A stretch of DNA of 64,000 nt, taken from Balanoglossus misakiensis. Its lineage: Eukaryota; Animalia; Hemichordata. The translations under genes and the position numbers were made by a program. Below, one piece after another: positions 13,422 to 26,347 of the stretch. The notes under the pieces were generated by a model. The model had not been told where the DNA came from and did not search any database. It saw only the letters and a program-made list of their open reading frames with translations. Positions within the stretch are counted from its first letter, which is position 1. Each line of letters starts with the position of its first letter. The DNA lies in the NCBI GenBank assembly GCA_040954595.2, contig CM082582.2, positions 7,318,063 through 7,382,062 on the forward strand, read 5' to 3'.

Positions 13422-14531
13422 ATATGATATTATGTCAACCAAAGGATGCAAGCGAGGACTATGATGAAATGTGTTAACAAAACAGACAATTTGCCTATTC
13501 AGTTGAAGCTCTTTGATAGAGATTTCTGTAAAATGCTCAATCCGGCGATGTAACCGTATTTCTTAGTTTGTAACCTGCCACGGTTGGATCTGACAACAAA
13601 GGGCAGTATTTCCGTGATGTTTTTACGTTAAATGGTACTAGACAACCTTTATTGCGGTTTCACAGTATTTGATGTTATGAAGAAATCGTGATATGACAAA
13701 CGATGTGATTAATGTGATCCTACGTGACAAATGCTGTGTTACAGAAACAACCGAACATTGGACACCAAATAAAGGTCATGTTAGGACAACATGATATTCC
13801 TTATCATTCACGAATGCATAACGAATCAGAGTGATCTTAGGAGACCTTTGGCTGATGATAAGCTTAGATCACCACGTTACCACACGTTAATATTGGATCA
13901 TCTCCAAACGTGCGATTATTCACAGAGATATGACATCTAAGTATACTTGACATACTGGGATTGTTAAAGGGACAAATATTCTCTCTCGCTGCCCTTTATC
14001 CGTTAATTATGTTTCATACAATACACCGTTAATGTTAATGTACATGTGTATACATTTATGTAGTGAATGAACGTTCAACCACACAACGTCCACCCCACTT
14101 GTATGATATGAGAGTAAAAACTCGCCCAAAATGAGTAAATGGTAGAGAACGATTATTCATTTTGTCGAAAGAGACAAATAGTGCTGTACGGCAACAATGG
14201 GAGCAATTTCATCCTCAAAATCTATCATGGCTTAAGCCGATGGTAGAAAGCTCACGTCGAATGAGAGCATTTTCTCAAAACCCGAGAACTCAGGATCCAT
14301 TTAAATGACTGAGATAACTGATGGATGAACATACCATTGTCCTCCCAAATTGACCCTCGACCTGAGGACAGCCCACATCAGACACTGGGTCAGACTAAAC
14401 TCCTGGTCAAAGTCAACTTGGCGACATATTGTTCTAGTAGTATAGCAACTTGAACAGTACAACACAGACGGATACTAGCAGTCATCTGACAGACAATATT
14501 CCCCCCCCCCCCTGGTCGTCTGGCTTTAACG

Positions 14532-15828
14532 ATGAATTTCAAATCATACTCATCTATAAATGGGATAAAATTTTCTTATACAAGCGAAACCGTTCCCGAC
14601 GAATGGTTTAGTAAATCGGGTAAGTTTAATGTTAGGCCTATATGGCCACCCTTCTTAGCCTAGCCGCCTATGCTCGCACAGACCACAATCCGCCGACCTT
14701 TACCTTCTGTTCGGAAAGGCGGGGCACAATCGTACTCTAGAGTGGCGCGTGAACCGAGAACAGCCAAAACGATCAGCAAAGCTAAAGACAGCGCTTAAAC
14801 TCTACATTTGATTCGCGATTTCTCCCATGAGTATGGCTCTTTTCTGAGTCACACATACAATGTAGGAGCAATCTGTGTTACAGAAACAACCGAACATTGG
14901 ACACCAAATGAAGGTCACGTTAGGACAACATAAAATTCCTTATCATTCACGAGTGCATAACGAACCAGAGTGACCTTTGTGTGAAGATAAGCTTAGTCAC
15001 AAATATGAGCAATCGCCGTGTAACAACCCCTAAAGCGACCTTGCACTGTGTAACTGCACCGCTCTCTTTTTTTTAGGACAACCCATCCCATGGCGGTTCT
15101 TTTCCTTCTCGGAGACAGCATGGGAAGCAGTTCAAACCCCGCCCAACGAGTATCTGCACTTCAGAACACTCATGCGAGGTGACTACTTGTTGTTCATCCG
15201 CTCTGAAGTGTACACCTTCCTCCCGGAATTCTACACCCACTTCAAGCCGGCGACTCCCGTGCTGGAAACCAGCCGCACCCTGGCCAACATCGGGAGGACA
15301 TCCAACAGTCAAATCCACGATCTACGCTCTCGTCCCGACGACACTCTACTGGTCATTGGCCGCATGCAAACCATCTGTGTCAGCAAGCTGACGAGGCGGC
15401 CAACACAGTTTCCGGATTGGTTCATAAAACTTTATTCTCCACGAGCGACGGGTCAGCCGGGGATATACATGGATCGACTGGTGGACAAGCCGGTGGCTAC
15501 GTTCAAAGACAGCATCCGGGTACCTGCAAGTGATACTGATCTCAACGAACACGCGAACCACACGGCATACGTGAAATACATACGCGGGTGCCTCCACTCA
15601 GCTGCTGAGAATGACGCCTACCCTTCATTCAAGAAAGATATGACCAAGTACAGGATGAAGACCTTGGGTATACTTTACATGGGGGAAGCTCTTGCCGGCG
15701 ATGCAATAACACTAGAAACATGGGAGGACGCAAAAAATCGACGAAAATTAAATTTTGTGATGAAGAAAGACGATGAAGACATTTGTCACTGTAGTGTGGA
15801 ATATTATCAATCTCTATCAAATTTGTAA
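14532..15828 (+). CDS. Double-hotdog thioesterase copy 3 (exons 14532-14619, 15077-15828), ends -SNL
   Basis: Exon 1 MNFKSYSSINGIKFSYTSETVPDEWFSKS-G|GTAAGT; acceptor TTTTAG|GA-QPIPWRFF, in frame with ORF 15172-15828; SDTDLNEHANHTAY and LYMGEAL motifs. Confidence 0.87.
14874..15006 (+). repeat. 133-bp insertion in copy-3 intron, similar to 13735-13872, flanked by 8-bp duplication GAGCAATC
   Basis: TGTGTTACAGAAACAACCGAACATTGGACACCAAAT... matches 13735 onward; GAGCAATC occurs at 14866-14873 and 15007-15014 but only once at the homologous site in copies 4 and 5. Confidence 0.85.
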
Positions 15829-16999
15829 TCACGAACAACAGTTACTTATGAAGAGTTTTGTTAATTGGCATTTACTTTTGTTCATGATGATGGTGGTGGT
15901 GGTCGTCGTCGTCGTGACGATTTCGGTTTGAGGCCACTGTTACCATGCAACGCTGAGATGTAACCAACCGATCCCAGATTTTCAGTGGATATACATTGTA
16001 GTCCTCGAGAAAAAAAGTACGCATTCACATGATCATTCAACGACTTCAACACAAAACGAAAACTTTTGTTCTTGAGATGTCATTAAAATATTGTTTCCAA
16101 AGAATGCTCAATTCGGCCATGTAGGCTAACCCTATTTCTTAGTTTGCCCCCTTTTCCGTTAATTATGTTTCATACAATACAAATGTACACCGTTTATGTT
16201 AATGTACATGCATGTGTATACATGTATGTAGTGAATGAACGTTCAACCACACACAACTTCCACCCCACTTGTATGATATGAGAGTAAAAACTCGCCCAAA
16301 ATTAAATAGATGGTAGAGACTGATTTTTCATTTTGTCGAAAGAGCCAAATAGTGTAGTACGAATGAAATGAAGACCAAGGGGCATCGGCAACAATGGGAG
16401 CAATTTCATCCTCAAAATCTGTCATGGCTGAGGCCGATGGTAGAGCTTACGTCCATTGAGAGCGCTTTCTCAAAACCCGAGAACTCAAGATCCTCATCAC
16501 ATAGATGGCGTGCTGTGGTTGCTAGGAGACAGCGCTGTTCTGTTCTGTTCTCTCCGGTGTACGTAATGTAGGCGTCCATCTTAACAAAACAGCCAAGGGT
16601 CAGCCATAACAGCTGTCACTGTTTGTGTGTTGTGTTTTCATGATTTTATTTTCCAATTTTAAACGGTCCATCTAAATGAGATATGAGATAACTGGTAGAT
16701 AAACTCGAACATATCACCAACCTCTGATTTTGGCTGTACGTAATTTGAAATAAACCATTGTCGTCCCAAATTGACCCTAGACACACAGCGCCTCTAGTGA
16801 CAGTATGCGACCTAGTTCTTTCGCAGTTCGGTCAAAGAGCAGTACCTCGATATGAGAATAGCCCACATCAGACCGGTCAGACTTCAAGGTCAGAGTCTAC
16901 TTGGGACATTGTTCTAGTAGTATGGTAACAGTACAACACAGACGGATACTAGCAGTCATCCGACAGACAATCTTTTCCCCCTGGTCGTCTGGCTTAAAG

Positions 17000-18174
17000 A
17001 TGAATTTCACATCATACTCAGCTGATGGGTCACAATGTTCTTATGTAAGCGAAGCCATTCCCGACGAATGGTTTAGTAAATCAGGTAAGTTTAATGTTAG
17101 GCCTATATGGCCCTGCTTCTTAGCCTAGCCGCCTATGCTCGCACAGACCACAATCCTCGCTTAAACGCCGTTTCTGGCGGTAAAATTGTATCGCTATGGA
17201 AAAGTACCCTTTACACACGCTACAGTCTGCCATCAGTTTAGGAAGGGACCAATCTGATTAAAATCAGATGTGGAGTTGGGCGCCGTCTTCTTTTCTGTTC
17301 GGAAGGGGGGGGGGGCACTCTAGAGTGGCGCGTGAACCAATAACACTCATAGGAGCAATCGCCGTGTAACAACCCCTAAAGCGACCGTGCACTGTGTAAC
17401 TGCACCGCTCTTTTTTTAGGACAACCCATCCCGTGGCGGTACTTTACATTCGCGGACACCGCGTGGGAAGCCATCCAGGCCCCGCCCAACGAGTATCTGC
17501 ACTACAATACTCTCCTGCGTGACTCGGACTACTTGTTGTTCATCCGCTCTGAAGTGTACAACTTCCTCCCGGAATTCTACACCCACTTCAAGCCGGCGAC
17601 TCCCGTGCTGGAAAGCCGCCGCACCCTGACGAACATAGGGAGGACATCCAACAGTCAAATCCACGATCTACGCTCTCGTCCCGACGACACTCTACTGGCC
17701 TTTAGCCACGACCAGACCATCTGTGTCAGCAAGCTGACGAGGCGGCCAACTCAGTTTCCAGATTGGTTCATAAAACTTTATTCTCCACGAGCGACGGGTC
17801 AGCCGGGGATATACATGGATCGACTGGTGGACAAGCCGGTGGCGACGTTCAAAGACAGCATACGGGTACCTGCAAGTGATACTGATCTCAACGAACACGC
17901 GAACCACACGGCATACGTGAAATACGTACGCGGGTGCCTCCACTCAGCTGCTGAGAATGACGCCTACCCTTCATTCAAGAAAGATATGACCAAGTACAGG
18001 ATGAAGACCTTGGGTATACTTTACATGGGGGAAGCTCTTGCCGGCGATGCAATAACACTAGAAACATGGGAGGACGCAAAAAATCGACGAAAATTAAATT
18101 TTGTGATGAAGAAAGACGATGAAGACATTTGTCACTGTAGTGTGGAATATTATCAATCTCTATCAAATTTGTAA
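17000..18174 (+). CDS. Double-hotdog thioesterase copy 4 (exons 17000-17084, 17420-18174), ends -SNL
   Basis: Exon 1 MNFTSYSADGSQCSYVSEAIPDEWFSKS-G|GTAAGT; exon 2 QPIPWRYFTFADTAW...; near-identical to copy 3 in the C-terminal half. Confidence 0.87.
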
Positions 18175-19341
18175 TCACGAACAACAGTTACTTATGAAGA
18201 GTTTTGTTAATTGGCATTTACTTTTGTTCATGATGATGGTGGTGGTGGTGGTGGTGGTGGTCGTCGTCGTCGTCGTGACGATTTCGGTTTGAGGCCACTG
18301 TTACCATGCAACGCTGAGATGTAACCAACCGATCCCAGATTTTCAGTGGATATACATTGTAGTCCTCGAGAAAAAAAGTACGCATTCACATGATCATTCA
18401 ACGACTTCAACACAAAACGAAAACCTTTGTTCTTGAGATGTCATTAAAATATTGTTCCCAAAGAATGCTCAATTCGGCCATGTAACCCTATTTCTTAGTT
18501 TGCCCCCCTTTCCGTTAATTATGTTTCATACAATACACCGTTTATGTTAATGTACATGTGTATACATGTATGTAGTGAATAAACGTTCAACCACACACAA
18601 GTTCCATCCCGCTTGTATGATATGAGAGTAAAAACTCGCCCAAAATTAAATAAATGGTAGAGACTGATTATTCATTTTGTCGAAATAGACAAATACTAGT
18701 GCAGTACGAATGAAATGAAGACCAAGGGGCATCGGCAACAATGGGAGCAATTTCATCCTCAAAATCTATCATGGCTGAGGCCGATGGTAGAGCTTACGTC
18801 CAATGAGAGCACTTTCTCAAAACCCGAGAACTCAAGATCCTCATCACATAGATGGCGTGCTGTGGTTGCTAGGAGACAGCGCTGTTCTGTTCTCTCCGGT
18901 GTACGTAATGTAGGCGTCCATCTTAACAAAACAGCCAAGGGTCAGCCATAACAGCTGTCACTGTTTGCGTGTTGTGTTTTCATGATTTTATTTTCCAATT
19001 TTAAACGGTCCATCTAAATGAGATATGAGATAACTGGTAGATAAACTCGAACATATCACCAACCTCTGATTTTGGCTGTACGTAATTTGAAATAAACCAT
19101 TGTCGTCCCAAATTGACCCTAGACACACAGCGCCTATAGCGACAGTATGCGACCTAGTTCTTTCGCAGTTCGGTCAAAGAGCAGTACCTCGATATGAGAA
19201 TAGCCCACATCAGACCGGTCAGACTTCCTGGTCAGAGTCTACTGGGGACATTGTTCTAGTAGTATGGTAACAGTACAACACAGACGGATACTAGCAGTCA
19301 TCCGACAGACAATCTTTTCCCCCTGGTCGTCTGGCTTAAAG

Positions 19342-20507
19342 ATGAATATCACATCATACTCAGCTGATGGGACACAATGTTCTTATATAAGCGAAGCCAT
19401 TCCCGACGAATGGTTTAGTAAATCAGGTAAGTTTAATGTTAGGCCTATATGGCCCTGCTTCTTAGCCTAGCCGCCTATGCTCGCACAGACCACAATCCTC
19501 GCTTAAACGCCGCTTCTGGCGGTAAAATTGTATCGCTATGGAAAAGTACCCTTTACACACGCTACAGTCTGCCATCAGTTTAGGAAGGGACCAATCTGAT
19601 TAAAATCAGATGTAGATTTGGGCGCCGTCTTTTCTGTTCGGAAGGGGGGGGGCACTCTAGAGTGGCGCGTGAACCGATAAAACTCATAGGAGCAATCGCC
19701 GTGTAACAACCCCAAAGCGACCGTGCACTGTGTAACTGCACCGCTCTTTTTTTAGGACAACCCATCCCGTGGCGGTACTTTACCTTCGCCGAGACAGCGT
19801 GGCAGGCCATCCAGGCCCCGCCCAACGAGTACCTGCACTACAATACTCTCCTACGTGACTCTGACTACTTGTTGTTCATCCGCTCAGAAGTGTACACCTT
19901 CCTCCCGGAATTCTACACCCACTTCAAGCCGACGACTGTGCTGGAAAGCCACCGCACCCTGGCCAACATCGGGAGGACATCCAAGAGTCAAATGATCGAA
20001 CTACGCTCTCGTCCAGACGACACTCTATTGGTCATTGGCCACGACCAGACCATCTGTGTCAGCAAGCTGACGAGGCGGCCAACACAGTTTCCGGATTGGT
20101 TCATAAAACTTTATTCTCCACGAGCGACGGGCCAGCGGGGGATATACATGGATCGACTGGTGGACAAGCCGGTGGCGACGTTCAAAGACAGCATCCGGGT
20201 ACCTGCAAGTGATACTGATCTCAACGAACACGCTAACCACACGGCATACGTGAAATACGTACGCGGTTGCCTCCACTCAGCTGCTGAGAATGACGCCTAC
20301 CCTTCATTCAAGAAAGATATGACCAAGTACAGGATGAAGACCTTGGGTTTACTTTACATGGGGGAAGCTCTTGCCGGCGATGCAATAACACTAGAAACAT
20401 GGGAGGACGCAAAAAATCGACGAAAGTTAAATTTTGTGATGAAGAAATACAGTGAAGACATATGTCACTGTAGTGTGGAATATTATAAATCTCTATCAAA
20501 TTTGTAA
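19342..20507 (+). CDS. Double-hotdog thioesterase copy 5 (exons 19342-19426, 19756-20507), ends -SNL
   Basis: Exon 1 MNITSYSADGTQCSYISEAIPDEWFSKS-G|GTAAGT; exon 2 intact with an in-frame 3-nt deletion (KPTTV vs KPATPV). Confidence 0.87.
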
Positions 20508-21044
20508 TCACGAACAACAGTTAACAAAACTTATGAACAGTTTTGTTAACTGGGCATTTTCTTTTGTTCATGATGATGATGATGATGGTGATCGTTGTCG
20601 TGGTTGAAGTATTGACGATTTCCAACCAGATTTATATTCTCTCGGTTTGAGGCCACTGTTACCATGCAACGCTGAGATGTAGCCAACCGATCCCAGATTT
20701 TCAGTGGATAGTCACTCGAGAAAAAAAGTACGCATTCATATGATCATTCAACCGACGACTTCGACACAAAACGAAAACTTATGTTCTCGATATGGCAATA
20801 AAATATTTGCTCCCAAAGAATGGCTACATCCAGTGTTTCGTTGCATTTAATTTCATTTTCCACTGCACTGTCCTAAAACATTCCCATTGGCCAAGGTTTC
20901 CTCCCAAGTCTTACTTTGATTGAATGACAGTCTGAGAGTGAATAAATCCTAACAGTAACAGTCTTGGTGTATGGTCTTATATTGGACCATCCCCAGAGTT
21001 CGGGTGTACTGATCTCTTTGGCTGTTGCGAGGTTGTCTGGTAAA

Positions 21045-21109
21045 GACTATGGGCGCCGCCATATTGTTTTGTAATTTTGACGACTATGGGCGCCGCCATA
21101 TTGTTTTGT
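21045..21109 (+). repeat. 28-bp direct repeat x2 (GACTATGGGCGCCGCCATATTGTTTTGT)
   Basis: Identical copies at 21045-21072 and 21082-21109, each containing a YY1-like GCCATNTT. Confidence 0.8.
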
Positions 21110-22081
21110 GACGTGAAACCACGCTCCATGAACGGCCTCCATGGTGAAACCAATCCAGTAATTCCTCACAAATCTTGTTCAGATGACTTCGACCACAAGG
21201 CGAACAACGACAGTCGGAAACTCCCTCGGAAAGTGAGCGTTTAAACGCGTTTCAACCTTCAGGTCAAATCAGTGTCCGTACCATACCATGTCCGTACATG
21301 CAAATCAGTCATGACACACGCCACCTAGCGGGCTAGAAGTCACAATTCATAGTGCACCACAAACGTCAGCACTCACAAATCTTTCGATCCAGCATACTTT
21401 CGCTGCGAACATTTTTTAATAAGTTGTGTATTACAAGTTTATTTATTGGTAATTCACAAAAGTGATATTGTGGGTTTTACATGGCGAACCAAACTTCCAA
21501 GTTAATTACGGAAACTGCTAAGAATGTTAATGTATATGCTCACTCAATCAGTTATCAGTTTAGGCCTAGATGAGTAAAATTCCTTACTCCAGGGAATGTC
21601 CTTCATGATGGATAGGGCCTACATGGGGATTCGTAAGTGGTCATGGCGTTTCAAATGTCTACAAAAAACTCTATAATTGCAACCGTAGTAATGAACTGCG
21701 TCTTCAATTAGCAAGGCGGCTCTTTTTCAAGCAATGTTTAACGTATCGCTTGGGCCAAAATGTTTCCAAAAATGAATACTTTTGATTTCTTCAATCCGGT
21801 ATGTTAGGACCGACAAATTTTCTTTGCACACACAAAAAAATGAAGTTCGTTTTGCATATGTAATCTGATTGACAATCCTACTCACCATATAGCTACACCA
21901 GGTTGGATTATTTAAAAACAAAAAGTCAAACGTCACAACAGCAAGATGAAAAGTGTGCAATTCCATTTGCAAACGCACACTGAATGTCGTTCCGTTCGCA
22001 AAGATGATGTCAGCCGTGGTGTTGGTGGTTGTGCCGTTAGTATTTCTGTTTTATACAGTGACGACGTTAGCCAGTCGGAGC

Positions 22082-25000
22082 CTACAGGATAGGTAGGTCT
22101 TTGACCCCTGGAGAATGGCGCTCTTCCTCCCTGAATGCATCGCTATGTCTGACGTAGGAGCCCGTCAACTCCAAGAGGGCCGTCGCCTCCGGATCGGCAT
22201 TCAACACGCTAACACCTCTCGATCGTTCTTCAGCATACTTCATTTAAAAAGTGAACAAAATTGAGAATTAATAAAAACACTGAAATAAAAAAATCACTTC
22301 TTTTAAAACACTGAAATAAAAATATCACTTCTTTTAGCCTAAGAAATGTAAATATTCGATTCCTTATATATAGTCATCATGATCGCATGTTGTTCATATT
22401 TGTACAGAAAAACTGGTGTTGATGACATCATGTACGCGTACATATATCCATGGCAAAAGAAAGGGCTGCTGGTAGTTTTTGGTATTTTTAAAGTACATAT
22501 GACATATATGGGCACATGCAAATCATGAGACGATTGTATTCCTTAAATACCTACCTCGTCCACTTCTTTTGGTCCAACTCCCCAAATCTCAATCGACTCA
22601 ACCTGGAACTGCTCCTCGTAAGACATCTGTTCATTGTTGTAAGTGGTGCATTGAAGGCAGTGGCCGCGACCGTAGTTGCCATCGATCCACAGGCCGAAAT
22701 ATTCAAAATGGCCGCCAAACCCCTTCAAATGTACAATGTACATCGATTCAGTATTTGGAGTTAACGTAACATGCTCCTCGAAAGTCATAACTTTTTGTCT
22801 CAAGGCAACTTCAGGTTATTCTGTCTTAAAATTGAGAATTGAGAATGAAAATTGGGGATCATAAACACAAGGGTAAAATTGTTATGGGCAAAGACACTCA
22901 CCAGTCCACAGGGTAATGTAGTTGTCTTGTAATTGAAATATTGGTAGCGATCGTTCTTTCCTGAAGACGGGTAAATTTCCATCACCGGTGCAAGCGAGAA
23001 AAGGAAACTGCTGGAACACCCTGCAACGAGATAATGTTATAAAGTATACTGTCAAATGAAGTTTTGATGACGTCTTTTGTTTCCTTGTTTGTTGACACAC
23101 GTTAGATCGTGTGTAGATCAATCGAATAATCCTTGGTTCTAGTCACATGTTACCACTTTCACCTAAAATTCATTTCATGGTCTGATTACTGAGGAGACGC
23201 TGAAACATATTCCCGAAAGATGTTTTTGCGACATTGTCTTTTTTTTTTACTTGGCTGGTTTCCTACCGTAGAACCGCGGATTGGGTTGCCACCCCTCGGC
23301 GGCGAAGCCTCCGAAGACGTGGCCATCCTCGTCCTTGACGAACACCAGCGACGGGCCCTCCCCGATGAGGTTCTGCGCCAGGGTGTTGAAACTCTCCCCG
23401 TGCAGGTGGCTGGAGAACAGCAGTCGCCACTCCGACTGCAGGTTCCTCGGCAGCAGCTTGTTGATGAACACTATGGCCGGGGTGTCGAGTAACGTGTGCA
23501 ACTTGTCCCAGGTGAACGTCTGGTCTGTGCACCTGGGAACCATTGCGGCCAGCTCTTTATACGTTATCGTCATGTGATCCCTGACGCCGACTCCCTGCAA
23601 TGGGGAAATCAATCTCCCGTTGACTCGCGTGCATTTCGCGTAATCATGACGTAGACATTTAACTTACAACGCCATCAGTACAGTGATCTATTTTTGAACA
23701 ACTATCTCCATAATAAACACGAAACAGCGAGTAAAAAAATCTAATATAGACGTGATTATAATTGCTGAACTTGCAATGAGATAATCAGGTTGTCGCGACT
23801 TATTCATGAAACCTTCAGCATCGTTATACCTTATTATGAATAACTTGCATTTGAAGTTTGGTGGAATTCAGTGCATTTGTACATGTATATACGTCCATAA
23901 TGTTACCTGATGCTGATGTAAATCCAGCGCATATCGAAACACCTCGGCCGACACTTGTGCAAAACGGGGTGTGTTTGTGAGCCATCCGATGATATCCAAT
24001 TCCGAGAATTGTTTATTGGGTACATTCATGCTGACTGAAAGGAATAAAAGGTGAAATATGTTGGAAAGACTGGTAGAGATGAAAGAATACCTTTGTGGTG
24101 ACTAGTATATGACGTCACAAGTGAGGGAATTACTTCAGAAAACGTTGATTCATGCAGCTGCAACCCTCCTCTAGATAGTCTGACAGGAGCGGAGTGTTGT
24201 ATCTGTTGATAAGGTCCCAGTGGGCGCTTCGCTTGATGCATGTACAGAAACTGATAAATTCGTATACTTGAAAGAATTTACAAAAAATACAATAGTAGTC
24301 GTGTGTAGTGTAGACTGATTAATTTACAGGTAGAGGACACTGGAAACACTTGAAATGTGATCGACATAAAGAGAAATGTCATTGACAACACACGGTCCAG
24401 GAACTTACCGACACTTCCTCGTCTAGGAAGCTCTTCAATCATGCTTGCTGGTTGCTGTTCGTCTGCGATTGAAAATCAACAAGTCGTTGTTTAATAAATT
24501 GATTTTGCGTTATTTTCTTTCCTGACTTTATTTATGACGAAATGAAAATTTACGAATTTCCTAAATTCTTCCAAACCCCCCGTCTTACTATATTATCCTC
24601 GACGAATCTCGGCTGTGAGCGACTTCATTTTCCCCATGTCACTACATTGTCTGTTTGTCTGTCTGTCTGTCTGTTTGGTTAGGATTAATTGTAAACAGGG
24701 CTTCCGTCCCTTGATCTAAAATCTTGTCTCGTGAACACATTGCAGATTTACCTTTCCAGAACAGATCTCTCAATAAATACTTTGCGAATCGTCGATCGGC
24801 TTCGTCGCGTGGTGGTAAATCCCAGTGTTTAGCTTCCAGGATTGGTTGTATCTCCTCTTCGACGTAGTGTATGATGTCACTGACAAACTACACAGGAAAT
24901 AATGATGTCACTCATGCACACTCTAAACAACAAAGAATGAAAACTCAAATGCTTGCTAGGCCGATGTGTTGCTAATGATGGAATGGTATTATTAAGTAGG

Positions 25001-26165
25001 AAGGAAGGAATGCTGCTCTTGATTCAAACTTACCACATACAATTCTTTAGCTGTGACAGAGTCCTTGCCATCGCTTGCTAGTCTGAGGATGGTCCCTGCT
25101 TGTTGCTCAACAGTGCCTTTCATAATATGAGCCATGGTGACGGTGAACTGTCTCAGGGTCACACTCGCGCCCTTCTTTCCAGGGTCACCGGGGTACAACA
25201 TTTCATGGAAGAGCTTCGTGATGACGTCATCGTCTCTAATTCTATCACCGATGTAGGACTGAAAGGGAGTACGGAGAGGGGTGGGGTTTTAGTGTGTGTT
25301 GGTATAAGGACCTGGTGTCATTCAGATCACGGTGACATGAAATAAAAATAGGACGTGTCACTTTTGCTATTTCGTCCATTACCATCTTGATTGATATGTT
25401 GCTAAGATGTTTTGGATGGCACATGATGCCCTTCAATAAGAGGGTTCCAAAGCAAACAGCCAGTGTTTGCTTGCAGTCGTGCAACCACGATAGTGATCAC
25501 TGCATGGTCCATATTAAATTAAAAAGTCGATATTTTCTAACCGCGGTTTGGCTTTGTGTGAGAATATTCTGTTGCTCATCTTAGTGTAACAAACTGAACT
25601 TACAGATATTTACAATTATTAATTGTAATAAATTTCACTTTCGTGAAGATACAACGTACATAGCAAACGTCGGGTGACGTACTTCTAGGTACGTACCATA
25701 AATGAGAGTCGTGTCGTTATTTACATATAAACAGCTAACAAAGCAAACGAACAAATTAAGCACACGTATGAAACAGAAAAATAGCCGAAATAGTGCAAAC
25801 CGATTCTGGAGGTTTTGTATCTCTAAAGGCGCGTACTCCTGATTCTACGAAAAAGACATCAAGTAAGTTTCGGTATGTTAGAATCGACTTTCAATGATAG
25901 AAAAAACAGACTTACAAAGTAAAAAAAACAGCGTTTCAAATGAAAGGTAGCTGTGACCCCTTGGGGGGGGAGAGAGTGCAGCCTAATAGTTACATACCGT
26001 TAAACTTTCAAGGTTGAACGACATGGTGATCTGTTGATGTCCCTTCGGGTCGTCGGTGGCGCTAATCATGCTGAAGACACGGTGGATCTCCTTCCTCTCG
26101 TCATTGGTGAAAAGTTCGTAGCACTTTTCGTATTCGTCAGCCAGAGCTTTTGTGCGTGGTTTGCC
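22082..26165 (-). CDS. MEAK7: mTOR-associated protein MEAK7 / TLDc-domain protein 1 (multi-exon; first coding exon not securely located)
   Basis: Exons encode CYELFTNDERKEIHRVFSMIS (MEAK7 N-terminal similarity) and the TLDc domain: WRLLFSSHLHGESF, DEDGHVFGGFA, YQYFNYKTTTLPCGL, GFGGHFEYFGLWIDGNYGRGHC, CTTYNNEQMS, IEIWGVG, then SVLNADPEATALLEL...PIL*. Confidence 0.88.
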
Positions 26166-26347
26166 CTGAAACAAAGCGAGGGGATTTGTACTTGAGAATT
26201 TCCCGTGGAAAACGTGTGTTTCCATGACGATCTTTTCCAACAAAGCCCAAAAAAGTTTATGCACAATTAAAACTTTTAAGTTACGTAATTTCGCCCAGTG
26301 CGCAACATGTCATGTCACCTGACAATGTCATGTTCTCAGCTGACCAC

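Larger units (their letters stand above)
13532..20822 (+). repeat. Three-unit tandem segmental duplication (~2.35-2.6 kb units) carrying thioesterase copies 3-5
   Basis: Stop codons spaced 2346 and 2333 bp apart; intergenic, intron and 3' UTR sequences are also homologous; unit junctions at 16103 and 18464. Confidence 0.92.

Noticed and set aside
9799-20507. Bacterial contamination or recent horizontal transfer of the thioesterase genes
   Set aside because: Every copy has a conserved spliceosomal intron and lies contiguous with typical animal genes.
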